A DNA stretch of 64,000 nucleotides from Podarcis erhardii. Its lineage: Eukaryota. Positions 11,468 to 24,126 of the stretch are shown here, one piece after another (within the stretch, counting starts at the first letter, position 1; every line of letters begins with the position of its first letter). The translations under genes were made by a program, and so were the position numbers. The notes beneath the pieces were generated by a model that was not told where the DNA came from, searched no databases, and was given only the letters and a program-made list of their open reading frames with translations. The DNA is taken from the NCBI GenBank assembly GCA_964252035.1, contig OZ176206.1. One strand, written 5' to 3'.

Positions 11468-12884
11468 ATCTATATGGTCCTCAGGATTGTCGCCAGGTCA
11501 CACTCACTGGTCCTCCTTTGCAGCCTGAGTGTTTTTCCTGAGTGGTGTACGTCCCTGGACTCGACTCACTTGCTTGCCTGGCTAAAGGATATAGAGAGGT
11601 GTGGTTGCTGAAACTAGCCTACTATATAAAGGTCACATTTCTAGTTGTTTCTCTCTTCACTTTTGCCTCTGGCCACACCCACCATTGGCATGTGACCTTC
11701 TCCACTGCCTGCTACAAGGTAGACCAGAAAGGAATGTGGACTTTGGGTTGAAAAAGGATCCCTTGCAACTGGACAAGGCTGAGCTTCGGTCAGGTTGTCT
11801 GGAATAAGCATATATGGAAGGATTCAAGGAAGCACAGCTACCTCCCATTGATTTCAATGGAAAAAGTTAGTTACAATTATGCTTGCAAATGGGTAAGGTC
11901 ATATTGTATAAGGTTCTCAACCCATTTCCTCTTTGGGACATCTGCCATAGCAAATATATGTGGTTTTGTGTCAAGGTTGCAAAATCCTGGATGTTTGAGA
12001 TTCCCTAAATTGCTCTTAATTCTTGGAAGTTCCATACAAGCTAACAAGAGCCTATATTACTTCTCCATAACCTTGCAGCAAACTTTTGTCCTTTTCTTCT
12101 TCTGATAAAAGTCTTTGTTTATTTTCACGTACTCGGTAATGCTTCATATCTCCTTTCTTTCCTGAACGCCAGACTCGGTACAGGCCCTTTCTATTATCTG
12201 TCATAAATGTTGTTGACTTTCCAATGCTATTAATTTTTATTTTTCGCAGTGGACGTGAGAGAGCACACACTTTCCTAGGAGCACCTCACATTTCTTCAAA
12301 GCTCCTTTGTTTCTTCGGCTACTACAGAAAGCAACAAATCTTTGTCTCCTAACGCAAACAATTCTCAGCTACCCCCCCAAAAAACCATTGGACTTCCATC
12401 TTCCGTTCTCCTCATTAGCAGCGATCATTACTGGGGCTCCACCAAACGTTCACCAGATTTTATTCACTGTTTTAACAATATGTGTTGTTTGTTCACTAAT
12501 GCTGCTGCTTGAATTAAGAATCACTTAGAACAGCACAACCTATCAGGGACCACATACTGAACAGGCTGATGTCATGACACTATACCTGGCATGACAACAG
12601 TAAATATAACCAAATGGGTTGACATAACCAAATCATAATTTGGCTACATGATGCTATCACTGAGGGCAGGTGAGGGCAGTGTTTTGAACAAATGTGCACA
12701 TGTTCTTTGCACAGTATTGCACATGTTCATCCAGACATCCACTCCATCTATTTCTGAGAATCTGTGATTTATTTATTTTTTCATCTGAACAAAATCCACT
12801 TTCATATTTAAACACAATAAGATTAATGGTCATGGCTAAATCAGCACTGTTGATTTCAAGTGGACCTACTCAGAACAAGACATA

Positions 12885-13124
12885 CAGTGGTACCTCGGGT
12901 TACAGACGCTTCAGGTTACAGACCCTTCAGGTTACAGACTCCGCTAACCCAGAAATAGTACCTCGGGATGAACTTTACCTCAGGATGAGAACAGAAATTG
13001 TGTGGTAGCGGCGCGGCGGTAGCGGGAGGCCCTATTAGCTAAAGTGGTACCTCAGGTTAAGAACAGTTTCAGGTTAAGAACGGACCTCCAGAACGAATTA
13101 AGTTCTTAACCCAAGGTACCACTG
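12885..13124 (+). mobile_element. Tc1/mariner-type MITE
   Basis: TA|CAGTGGTACCTCGGG ... AAGGTACCACTG|TA. Confidence 0.9.
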
Positions 13125-14193
13125 TAGTTGGTTACAACCCAGATTTTATATGGCATTTTATGTTAAAATACACCTTCTAAAACGTATGTTTATTTTTATT
13201 TTATTTTGTCGTCACTGAGGAATGTGTTGGGGAAAGTGTGAAAGCTGATAATTAACTCCACTTCCAGTCTGCATATTAGGAAGACTTGTGGAATTTGATT
13301 TTTGCAAATTCCATTAAACAAACATGATCTGCAACTCCTGGACTGGGGTAGACAATGCAGTGTCCTTCCAATGATATTGAACTTCAGTCCCAGATGATGT
13401 GATCTGTGGTCCAACATCACCATGTTACCTACCCTTGTTCCAGGAGTGGCATGGTTTATACAGGTATTTGCAAACTGTCCCTACCTGTGAGTAATGTCTG
13501 ATTTGGCTCAAAAAGCGGCATGCATTAATGTGAGCCGATTTGGATCCCTACATTGACCTATCTTTTTCCTTGCGAAGAAAACTCAGTCCAAAATGTAGAA
13601 TGCACTCAGTTATGCTGCACGATGGGATTGCATTTTACACCCCCTCCCTCAAGCTTATTATTCCCTTGCTTGCTGACACAGAACGTCCAAGTCACGGCAC
13701 CCTGAAATAAATCACACTGTGTTTTCCCTTTATTACCCCTGGGTCCTTTGAAAACAAAACCTGGAGGGGGGGGGGCCGACACATGCATGCACAATGATCT
13801 AGATCATTTATTGAGTAAATAATGACATTAATCACAGCATTGTTTATTTTGCTAATGAAGAGCAGGCTGAGAAGTGACATCCTGGAGAGTAATATTGGCC
13901 ACAAAATCATGGAAGGCTTTGCATCACTAAAAGCCTGAAGGAAGCTGAGCATGTGATCCTCTTTGCAAAGAACATGGCTTTTGCATCATAGAGATCAGTG
14001 GGATTCACCTACTTTTAATATGTGTGCAGGATTACACCACCAGAGTGTAACTGTCTTAGGAGTCTTGCTTCCTTGGAGATATTTTTTTTAAAAAATACAA
14101 TAATTGGATCCTTTATGGGGGGGGGGATTTTCCAAGTAACTTGATTTTCTTTTTTTCTTTTACCTTTTTGTAAATCCATACATTTTTAAAATT

Positions 14194-14562
14194 GGGGTGT
14201 GGGTGGCGCTATGGTCTAAACCACAGAGCCTAGGGCTTGCCGATCGGAAGGTCGGCGGTTCAAATTCCCGCAACAGGGTGAGCTCCCATTGTTCGGTCCC
14301 AGCTCCTGCCAACCTAGCAGATCAAAAGTACGTCAAGTGCAAGTAGATAAATAGGTACCACTGTGACGGGAAGGTAAATGGCGTTTCCGTGTGCTGCTCT
14401 GGTTTCGCCAGAAGCAGCTTAGTCATGCTGGCCACATGACCCGGAAAAACTGTCTGCGGACAAACGCCGGCTTCCTCGGCCAGTACAGCGAGATGAGTGC
14501 CGCAACCCCAGAGTCATTCGCAACTGGACTTAACTGACGGGGTTCATTTACCTTTATGTTTT
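14194..14562 (+). mobile_element. Sauria SINE (Squam1), full length
   Basis: Colinear with the 5407 copy; 14-bp TSD TACATTTTTAAAAT (14179-14192, 14563-14576). Confidence 0.9.
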
Positions 14563-14949
14563 TACATTTTTAAAATGCAGGTGTTGTATAATGGAAAGTG
14601 CTGTTTATTATCTATGCTGCCTTAAATGGCACTGTCCACAGATACCCTTTGTTATCTCATAGTATGATCTGAGATCCACGTATGGGTGATGTTTAGTGAG
14701 TCAAGACTCAAAGAGAAGCACCACCTTTGACCTTTCAAAAGTGACATTGGTAGAGATCCTTAGCCAAGCGGCACTGTCTAGGGTTTATTTTAAGAGACCG
14801 GTCCTGCTTGTATCAACTCCTGATGTAATCTGTGATTTGTCTCCCATTGCCCAAAGGAATGCTGGAAGCTGCCTTACACAGTCAGCATAGTATTGTCTGT
14901 TTTGCTTGGGACTGAACCCAGAGCAGATGCCCTACTGCACAGGAATGCA

Positions 14950-15090
14950 GGGCACTGCCTATTCCAGGTCGGATCATTTGTCCATCCATCTCACTATTGT
15001 CTCTAGTGGATGGCAGTGTTTCAGACTTAGAGATGCTGAGGCCTTCTGCATGCAAGGCAGATGCTGTACCACTAAGTTATGGCCCTTCCC
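14950..15090 (-). mobile_element. tRNA-derived SINE (GGGCCATAGCTCAGTGG family; Squam2-like, name tentative), degraded
   Basis: Complement reads GGGAAGGGCCATAACTTAGTGGTACAGCATCTGCCTTGCATGCAGAAGG, as in copies at 49852, 50078 and 53811. Confidence 0.55.
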
Positions 15091-15969
15091 GACTCATTTC
15101 AAGAGAACTAGGTCTTCATCCTAGAAATGGCTATGAAATGTCCAAACTGCTGAAAGCAAATGTCTTTCCAGCTGCCTCTGTCTCTCTCTCTCTCTCTCTG
15201 ATGCTCAACCCGTGGATGACATCAGAAGCAGGCTAAGAGGTCACTCTCGGCCCCCGTGTGCCAAGAAATCCGGGACTGTGCTTGGAATGAGTTGGAAACA
15301 TGGGTATATAAGGAATAAGTGGGGAAGCAAGAGACAGACAGACAGGGAGGGGGGAGGATGTGTGCACACCCAATGAAAGAATGACTAAGAATACCTCTGT
15401 GATATTTCTCCATTTATTTCCATAAGGGGTAATAACTCATCGGTAATCCGACAGAGGGCATTTTCCTTAAAATAGAACACTCTGATTCACAAGCAGAAAT
15501 AGGAAATAAATGTTTTCTTTTCATCTTTGAGAGACATCTATGAATACCAGCCTCTGAACCTGGTATTTTATCATCTCTATTAAAAACAAAATTGAGAACG
15601 AGTGAGAGAACCAAGAATAGCCCATTTGTGACCATGGGGCTTGAAAAATAGCCTTTTCCCCTTGTCAGGGAAAGCTTGCAAGAATACAGGGCCCTGTTTT
15701 CTTTTCACTGGAATGTTATCCTTTCTACAAATGCAGTCTTCTGCACAATCTGGATTTCTTCCCCTTGGAAAGTCCGGTCAGGAAAGAACGTTGAAGTACA
15801 GAAGGGTATTTTGCCATCACGCCCTTAAAGAAGACTCAGGGCACAAACTTATGGAAGAAAGGTTCTATTTATTGAAATCGAGCGTCTCAGAGGCTCTGCA
15901 AAATAAGTAATCCATTTTAACCAAGTTAAAATATAGTCTGGGCAGAGAAGCTGCCTAATGCAAGAGGGA

Positions 15970-16096
15970 TAGAATCATAGAATTGTAGAGCTGGAAGGGA
16001 CCTTGAGGACCATCTAGTTCAACCCCCTGTAATGCAGGAATATGCAGCTGTCCCATATGGGGATCAAACCAGTGACCTTGGTGTTATCAGCACCAC
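15970..16096 (-). mobile_element. SINE with tRNA-Ile-like head and CR1-derived tail, 5'-truncated
   Basis: Complement: GTGGTGCTGATAACACCAAGGTCACTGGTTTGATCCCC...TTCCTGCATTACAGGGGGTTGAACTAG...CTACAATTCTATGATTCTA. Confidence 0.7.
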
Positions 16097-16129
16097 TATT
16101 TGTCATTTCTCAGTTCTCCTCATTTCCAT

Positions 16130-16650
16130 ATCACTTTGTGATTCTTCTTCTTCTTATTATTATTAATCAGCATTTTAATGTGGATTTCTCACAACGTACA
16201 CATTTCTGTATGCATGTTTGTTTCATATGCACACTTTGGCAATAGAATGCATTTTTGTTCCCCTTGCCTAATTTACACCTTCTGAAACAGCACATGAACA
16301 CAGCCATCTTTTGAAATTAGCACTTCTCTGGATTTTGAAGAGCAACTTTCCAGCCAAGAAATGTATGCAAAAATGCATGCGACAGGATGGCGTGTGCGTA
16401 AAATGCACATATGAATGAAAATGACCTGAAAAATGCATTTTATTGGAGAAATTTGTGTGTAAATTTGGCAAAATTGCAATCAAAAATTCGTATATTAGGA
16501 TAAATTTGCATTAACGTGCCGATCAATTTACATGGCTTTTTTTAAAAGGAAAAGGAAAATTGCACATAGATTTGTCAACGTCGGGAAATGAATTTAAGAT
16601 TGGAAAAAATGAGAAACTGAAAGAAACTGATATGAAGACATAGTGGTGTT
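16130..16650. mobile_element. AT-rich hAT/Ac-like repeat (short inverted fragment plus longer copy)
   Basis: CCTTCTGAAACAG...AAATTAGCACTTCTCTGGATTTTG...GGCAAAATTGC matches the 29501 and 38865 copies. Confidence 0.5.
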
Positions 16651-17169
16651 TGCGCCATTTTGATGAGCTTAAGAGGTTGGCTCTCCCATTTACCAAAACA
16701 TGGCAAATTTTTCCATCCTTGACAGGTTTTTTCCCCACCCCACCCCCACAGCCTCCATATCTAGTCTTTCCTGTAAGCTAAAAGCTTCCATACTGTACTC
16801 ATTTTGGGGTGGGATTCAGTCACATATTGGCAAATTCATGTCGTGCAACTTAATTTGATGGGGTGCTCTTGCACAATGCAATCTATTGTGGGGGTTTTTG
16901 TGATAAGGAAAGTGAGGGGGGTCAGTGCACTGAGAAGTGTGGACTAAATGCTTATTAGTGCAATATCATGTAACTTAATCTGTCCAAAAAATCAGAATGA
17001 GCCCCAAATAAATAGCCAGATTCATCTCACTCCTTTCCTCCAAAGACATCAGGATGAATGCTCAAAAGGCAGGTCGTCTGAAAGCAACCTGTGTCAATGT
17101 TGCAGGTGTTCATTCATTCTATGCCATTTCCTCATCAACCAGTTTATCTTAAACAAAAACAACAACTCC

Positions 17170-17420
17170 TGTAGCTAAATTTTTATTTTATCATTCAGTG
17201 CACATGTATTTTTGATGTATGCATGTATGAATTAATTTCATCATAAAATGTGTATTTTAATGCATTTGGTATATGCTTTGAGCAGAGAACTGTTATCACA
17301 GTGCAAAATTCAATGCATGATTACATCCCGATTTGTCTATTAGTTCAGGGGGTGTGAATTAGGTTCTGCTGGTTTGAAAATCCGGGCAAAACAAAATTCT
17401 TCTTCATCCCAACTAAAAAA
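17170..17420. mobile_element. AT-rich hAT/Ac-like repeat, partial, opposite orientation to the 16270 copy
   Basis: GAGAACTG...TGCAAAATTCA...GGTGTGAATTAGG...CATCCCAA end, as in the 47745 and 54362 copies. Confidence 0.45.
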
Positions 17421-19311
17421 ACCCACAGATTCATTCGCACAGCTCTTCATTCTTTTTCTTCCCTTAAACCCTCTACAAAGCAAACAGATAAGAGGTTCCT
17501 GTTCAGACCATGAGGTTAGAAGTGGATGCTGGTTAGACTTAATTAAGATCCAGACTGATAACCATTAAATTGGTTCACAATGAGTGAGGAAATGCAGGTT
17601 CAAGTGGAAAGGGTAAAAAGGGGGGAAAAAGCAGGGGCACCTCTCTGAAGAGCCCATTCCCTCACAACTCATTTCCCCCCTCCCCAATCTGTCTGGACTA
17701 TGTTACTTGCCCCAATGTTCTTGAAATTCAAAGTGTCTTTGGAGAAAGGAGAACATCTCTCTTCAAAAACGTCCCCTCATTCTCCTCCAGAGCTCGAATT
17801 TGCTTGGCCTTGTGCCCGTGAGTTATTTCTAATTTGAAATTTGGGATGGCAGGACTCTCCTGTGAAATATTGCTAGGTTTATGGAAGCAGAGTTTTTTTT
17901 TTGGGGGGGGGGACTTATCACAATATTTATCTGGCATTTTACTTGAGCAGAAACCTCCAGATTCGCTTCAAAATTTCACTCCTGCAGAATTGACAGGCAA
18001 CTGATTTTGAAAATTCATCTGTGGCCCCTCCTGCTTTGTGAAAGAGCACAGATTTATGATGAATGACAACGGTGTTTGTAAGTACTTGAGAGAAGGCCTT
18101 TGTGCTGCCTGCGGTTCTTATGTCCTGCCTCACAATAAGCTTATACGGAGGGCAGCTCATTCTGTGAAGAGAGGGAGGTTGGATTTCTTCCTACCTTTCT
18201 TTATCTGATTAGCCAGCGGTATATTTCTTCCCTTTGAGATAATGCCCAGGAAAAAAGAAATCTTTGGTTTAATTGCACATCTTATTGTGTCATCCCTGTT
18301 CAATCATGTTAGAAAAATACCGGCCTTCCCCCCCCCAAACTCACACCCACCTCCCCTTTTTCCCATTTAGATCTTACTAAAGTCCATTCTACCTTATCAG
18401 CACAGTAATTTCGCGAGCAGAGCTTAAGTTTTCTGCCATTTAGGTCTTGCCCATTGTCTGTCGCAGCTGCAGTCAAGATAAACCCTCACCCAGAACAAAG
18501 TTGGAATGACCTTTTACAAGCTGAATCTGCCTTGTTTCCCTCTAGACTAATTTATCAGCCTTCATTTCAAGCCTAGATTCTCAGCAGAGGCCTGAAAGAA
18601 CATTACGGAGAGCATGAATGAACAGGGGGATTAAGATGCTTGGCGTCTCCCCCCTCTCTTTTCTTTTTCTTCTTCTCCTTCTTGCCCCTTTCCATCAGAC
18701 ACCTTCTGGATTTACTGAGATGGATGTAAGCTGTAAACGACCATAAGTTGTGAACTGCCTTAAACTTGGGATAACAGACACTGATGACATAAGAAACACT
18801 AGACACATGTTTCGGGACAAATGTGTAAAGGAGAAGCTAACCCTCTTCTCCCCACAGCTCGGTCACCTATGCACCAAAGCATTTGAAAGAGCCAAGTTTC
18901 TCCTTATCTCATAGCGGCTCCTGACTGTTTGGCCTGAGGCAGCCTTGCACATCGTAACAAACTGAAATGGCAGGTGCATTTTTTGCAAGAGGCATAGCAC
19001 ATTTTTATAGCATGGAAACCCTGAAACAGATACCTGCTTGCCATTTCCCTTACAGACACATGCAACACCTCCCCATACTAAAGCCAGCTCACTCTTGCAT
19101 CGTTCACACAAATTGGCTATCTACCATGGCCACTCTTTTACAGATTGCCGTGCTTCCCTGGTTTGGGTGGCGTTACGGCTGAATGTTGTGTGCAGTCTGT
19201 CGAGCCTGGAAGGTGATGTATATTCTGAACTCTGATCTCCCAGGTGAAGGTCCAGCGTGCTGTCAATTCAGCCTAGAGACTACAGGGCAAAGCACAGAGT
19301 GTGGGACTGAG

Positions 19312-19502
19312 CAGGGGTGCCAACTTGAACAAAATATTGGGGGGTCTAGGTAAACCCCACCCCACCGAATCGAATGAATGATGTGGTGCATGCACACCTA
19401 TTGAATGGCAATGCCCATCTACTTGGGGGCTGGGGGCTGGCTCGCTCAAATATTTTATTGGGGGAAAGAAGACCCCTCATCCCCTAGGAGTTGGCTTCTA
19501 TG
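19312..19502. mobile_element. hAT-like MITE (CAGGGGTGCCAACTTGAA family)
   Basis: Ends CAGGGGTGCCAACT...AGTTGGCTTCTATG; degraded 8-bp flanks GGACTGAG/GTACGGAG; relatives at 34405 and 57889. Confidence 0.6.
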
Positions 19503-19565
19503 GTACGGAGTTGTATAAAATTTAGGTTCTCAAGAATCTCAGCTTGCCATATATATATATATATA

Positions 19566-19807
19566 TAGTGGTACCTCAGGTTAAGTACTTAATTCGTTCT
19601 GGAGGTCTGTTCTTAACCTGAAACTGTTCTTAACCTGAAGCATCACTTTAGCTAATGGAGCCTCCTGCTGCCACCGCGCTGCAGGAGCACGATTTCTGTT
19701 CTCATCCTGAAGCAAAGTTCTTAACTTGAAGCACTTTTTCTGGGTTAGCGGAGTCTGTAACCTGAAGCGTATGTAACCTGAAGCATATGTAACACGAGGT
19801 ACCACTG
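19566..19807 (-). mobile_element. Tc1/mariner-type MITE, inserted at the end of a (TA)n run
   Basis: TAGTGGTACCTCAGG...GAGGTACCACTG|TA; internal sequence is the reverse complement of the 5046 copy. Confidence 0.88.
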
Positions 19808-22210
19808 TAAAAGCAATTTCTAGAACTTAAGGTGGAAAATTTAGGGTTCAAAGTGTGTAGGCAATGCTAGCTGAACTCTCAGAAGCCAATGAGGTGGTTG
19901 ACTAAGATCTCCATTGGCTGGAGGAAGGGCTTCAGTCCACAAGCAGACGTGGATAAAAGAAAGATAAATGAGGGAGATTTGCTGCACTTGCATAATGCCT
20001 TACAAGGCTCAGAGTTCAGCTGTTCACCATGGTTTGTCAGAATTGAAACAAGCAATGAGTTTAAGCATTTTTTTCTTCCCTACTCCCCTTCTCATTTGCC
20101 CAGCATCAGAAGAGTCCTTGCAGTTTGTTTGAACTACAGTTACCTCTGATGTCCCAACTGGGAAACTGTGGCTTAAGCACTCCCTATAAACCAGGCTGGC
20201 AAATGGTGATTCCGGAACTCATCATCCCTCACTCCTGCAAACCATGGTTGTTGAGCAGGGAGTGTTACAGCTGAGCCAAGCCACCTCCCTCCAAGGCCAT
20301 TGCAATTGAAAAGCTGCTAGGGTTGGCATCTTACACACAAGGAGAAAAGTTTGTAATTGATGCATCAGTGGGATAAATGCGAGTGTGATAATTGTGTGGA
20401 AGGGAAATATTAAAAGGAAGGCCATTCCTTTGGTAGGCTTCTTTTTCCAAGGTTTCTGCAGCTAGCTTTTTCCTCCTTTCGTGAAACAACTCACAGAACC
20501 AAAATGTTCTGCCCCAAGGAGCTTGCAGAGTATCTAGAATCTCTGGGACCCTCGATGCTGTTTTTTCGTTAAAATCCTGTGTGCTCATTAAAATCTATGC
20601 ACAGCTGCAGTGCCCTCGAAAGCTAAGCTCCTCTCTGCTTGTTTCCCAGGAAACTGGACCCCAGCCAAAGATAACCTGTCCTATTTAGCGTATCTGTCTT
20701 TTGCCCAAAATCTTTTCTGTGACAGCCCTCTCTTTCCCCTCCTCCCCTCTGGATTTGGATTCAGCTTTGGGGGGGGGGGGAGAGAGACCTGTCAGGATCA
20801 GAAATTCTTGCACGGCGTAGAAATAGTGTTTCCTCTTTTCTTTTTAATGGATTATGGTCTTTCTTTCTCTATAATACTCTGGACAAATGGGGCACTGCCC
20901 CATCAACTTCAGCCTGCTCTCAACCAGATGTCATCTGCCTATCTTCTTACTTACAACCAGTTCAGGGGGTAGAGCTGTCTGTCAGTTTTCTCTTCTTCAG
21001 TATGGAGGACAATGGGGAAAATGTTAGATTGAGTTGACTCTGTCTTTCTTTGGCTTTGGTTCCAAGGGGCACCAGCCACCACTTTCATAATATTCCCAGT
21101 ACTGTGGAAATCCCTCCCTGTAGGTGGTCTTTGAAGATGCACCTCTTTTCTTTGGCCTCTGAAAGGTGTACAATGTACTGCTCCCCTACATTCCATTTGT
21201 TTGTTGATTCATAAATTTTGTATAGTGTTTTAGGACTGGGGTTGGGTTTTTGGGTTTTGTTGGAAGTCTGGGTGCAATTATGCAGAAGAGGGGTTTGCAT
21301 GGGTTTAAAACGGAGTGAGAAGCAATCATATTCTCAGACTATCCCTGTACCTTTAAGCTGTCAGTTTACTTCTCTACCTCCTTCTTGTCTTGACCAATAC
21401 ATCTTAGCTTTCATCCTGTTTACAACCTCCTCCTCCTCTTCCTCTTCCTGCCATTTCTCCCTTGGACCTCAAGATGAGAGGCCATCTTTAACTATTCCTT
21501 GGAGGCCCTTGTGGATTCTGCCTCCTGAAGCAATTACCTCCCCTTACCTCGTGCGTGGGCCGGCCCTGTGTCCGAGTTCTGTATTTCCTACAGTAATTGA
21601 CTGTATCATTTTCTAACCAGAAGCATTTCTCTGTTGTGTGTGATTGGATAGATCTCTGCATTTCTAGCACCTGTTTCTTATAGTATATGTTAACTCATAG
21701 TAAGTCCATCACATTCCATTTCTGGATTAACTTGTGGTTGTTTTAAAAAGTTGCGTGGAACTTTGCATTCCAACACACATTTTGTTTGTTTGTTTGGTTG
21801 AATGAGTCTTCAAACTGCTTAATAAATAATCTCTAAGCAGTATACAAAAGTAACACAAAGACTAGAAATCAGGGCACTTGCAGAAATGCATTTTTGGGGC
21901 ATTGCCTTGTGATGTGTTTTAGGGTAAATGTGTCACAGGTAAAAATATATAAATCCTGAAATGATCTAAGTGATCTTCACAGGGGTGGTTCTTCAGGTAA
22001 CATGGCCACAAGTTGTTTGTAGTTTTATACATTATTAAGAAGACCTTGAGCATAGCCTGGTGCATTATGTGTGGAGGTGTTGATCAAGTCAATTTGTCTT
22101 GGGATCACAAACACTTCCCAATATGCCTTCTAATGATAGCTCTGGCCTTTGACTCTGGGGCTGCCAGGTCCCACCAACTTTTCCCTGACACACATTTATA
22201 AGCATGAATA

Positions 22211-22212
<2 letters not shown>

Positions 22213-22257
<45 letters not shown>
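22213..22257. repeat. (TA)n microsatellite
   Basis: Uninterrupted TA run. Confidence 0.95.
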
Positions 22258-22259
<2 letters not shown>

Positions 22260-23059
22260 CAAGCTTTTATTCTTTTCATTTTTAATGATCACATTTTGAA
22301 ACTGCATGTGAATTTTCGCTCCAATGACGCCACATCTGAAAAGGTAACTTGTCAATTCAAGAATATTCACCTCTCCTTCTCCTTTAGATCCATTGGTCTG
22401 AGCAGATGAATTTAAGCTCATGCAGAGCCCTGCAGATTTTCATTTTATATTGGTTCATTTCATTTTGGTCTTGTTTATAACAATGGATATGCTCTTAATT
22501 TATAATCAGTAAAACTGCAGATGGAGTTCAGGGGATAATGTGCCTTTTAGTTTATTACCTGTATTATCACTGTTACATTTTCCACCCTGTTCCTTTATCC
22601 TTCATGATTTGTGTTTTCTCTAGACCGACATTTTCCTCCTCTGATGAATTAACTGTCAATTGAAGTTAGCGAGATAAATCAAAACAAATGGATACTATGC
22701 ACCATATTGACTTTCTTACTGACTGATTTTGAAAAACCACTTTCGGAAAACTACACCAATATTATGTTCACTTGGTCCTGAGCCAATTTGCACATGAGGG
22801 CTGGGGGTTGGGGTTTTGAGGGGCGGGCGGGCTGTCTTTTATATATTTCTGCCATCCTGTTCGACTTTTGTTCTTATTATGTCTGGGGAGAGATTTGGCT
22901 TGAATGTAGGGATTTCAAGACAATAAAATGCATGCTTAATGTTGGTTACAAGAGGTTAATTTAACGGTGTGCTGCTGTACTGGCTTATTTTTCCTCCTTT
23001 TTTATTTAAACAATTTATATTCCACTTAACTACAATTATCTCTAAGCAGTGCATGAGAA

Positions 23060-23462
23060 ATAAAATACAGAAAAGGTAAAAAAAATGGATTAAAATTATA
23101 AAACCAGCGTTCAATTAAAATTCTGCTATGGGTGGGCGGGGAGCACTCTTCAATAGGTGCCAGTGGTTCAACAGGGAGGGGGCTCATCAAATCTGAACTG
23201 GAAGGGAGTTCCACAAAATTGGGCCTACGGTACTGATCATATGAGGATATAGCCAATACAGGCTGTGCATTGAAGCCACGGGGGACCACTAACAGTGACT
23301 CCCTGCCCTCCAGACCTCAGGGATCAAGGAGGGATATAAGGAATTAGGCAGTCCTTGAGGTATCCTGGACCCAAATTTTTTAGAGCCCTGTAAATTAATA
23401 CAAAAAACATTGAGTCTGGCCCAGCAGTGTATGGGTACCCAATACAAGCTGCTGAGCACAGG
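23060..23462 (-). mobile_element. Old L2 LINE 3' fragment
   Basis: GGAAGGGAGTTCCACAAA, GACCTCAG, AGGCAGTCCTTGAGGTATCCTGGACCCAA and AGTCTGGCCCAG are typical L2 3' motifs on the minus strand. Confidence 0.6.
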
Positions 23463-23585
23463 AGTTGTGTAGGTTACTTAGGATGTGGATGTGGCTCAAA
23501 GCACACCCTGGTTCTAATTTTGTATGGGGATTTTTAAAAACAGCAACAGCAAAGATTTGGGTTTCTGCATGCCGCCATTGCACAT

Positions 23586-24126
23586 TGTCATGGACTGGCT
23601 GGATGCAGAGGAGTGGCAGGATGAATGGTCAGAGGGAGAAGAGGGGGGGAAACTGGAAGAAGGAGGTGTTGAAAGCTGGAGAGGTGGCAGGGCTTAGTGA
23701 GCAGGAAAAGTCTGTGGCAGAGAGCAGTCCAGAAGCAGAGGCTGGAGAGGAGGGGGCCAAGATCAGGCAGGCTGCTGAAGAATCCGGGGAGGGGGTCCCC
23801 ATTCTGCTGTAACCAGCTTCTCCTCCCCCCTTGGTCTCCCAGAACCAGAAGAGGCATGGAAAGGGTGGAGCAAAGATAGGCATGATGCAGAAGTCTCAGA
23901 TTGCTTGAGAAGGTCCCAGGAGAGGAGGAGACTTAAGCAACAGTGGGAAGGCGGGGACCTTCAGTCCCCACAGCTGCCTCATACAGGCAAGATCTACCAG
24001 GATGAGTGGCTGTGCTCACTAGGTCACCTGGCCTCCTGGGTTGACTTTGTTTCCTCGATTAAAGAGTTAAATTCACTGAGGCCATGCGATTTATTTCTGA
24101 CCTGCTCCTGACTCCCACTCCTGACA
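23586..24126 (+). mobile_element. Solo LTR (Gypsy-like), 541 bp
   Basis: Starts TGTCA, ends TGACA; 5-bp flanks CACAT/CAGAT; purine-rich 5' half; ATTAAA near the 3' end (24058). Confidence 0.65.

Noticed and set aside
12040-12480. Possible LINE 5' UTR/ORF1 remnant on the minus strand
   Set aside because: Composition is suggestive, but no diagnostic peptide, tail or TSD; left unassigned.
22640-22670. CTGATGA...GAAG as a second hammerhead
   Set aside because: Stem II does not pair in register, GAAG replaces GAAA, and no stem I or III is present.
23881-23925. HDAEVSDCLRR, faintly like PRDM16 exon 3
   Set aside because: Inside a solo LTR, in-frame context broken, no acceptor, wrong length.
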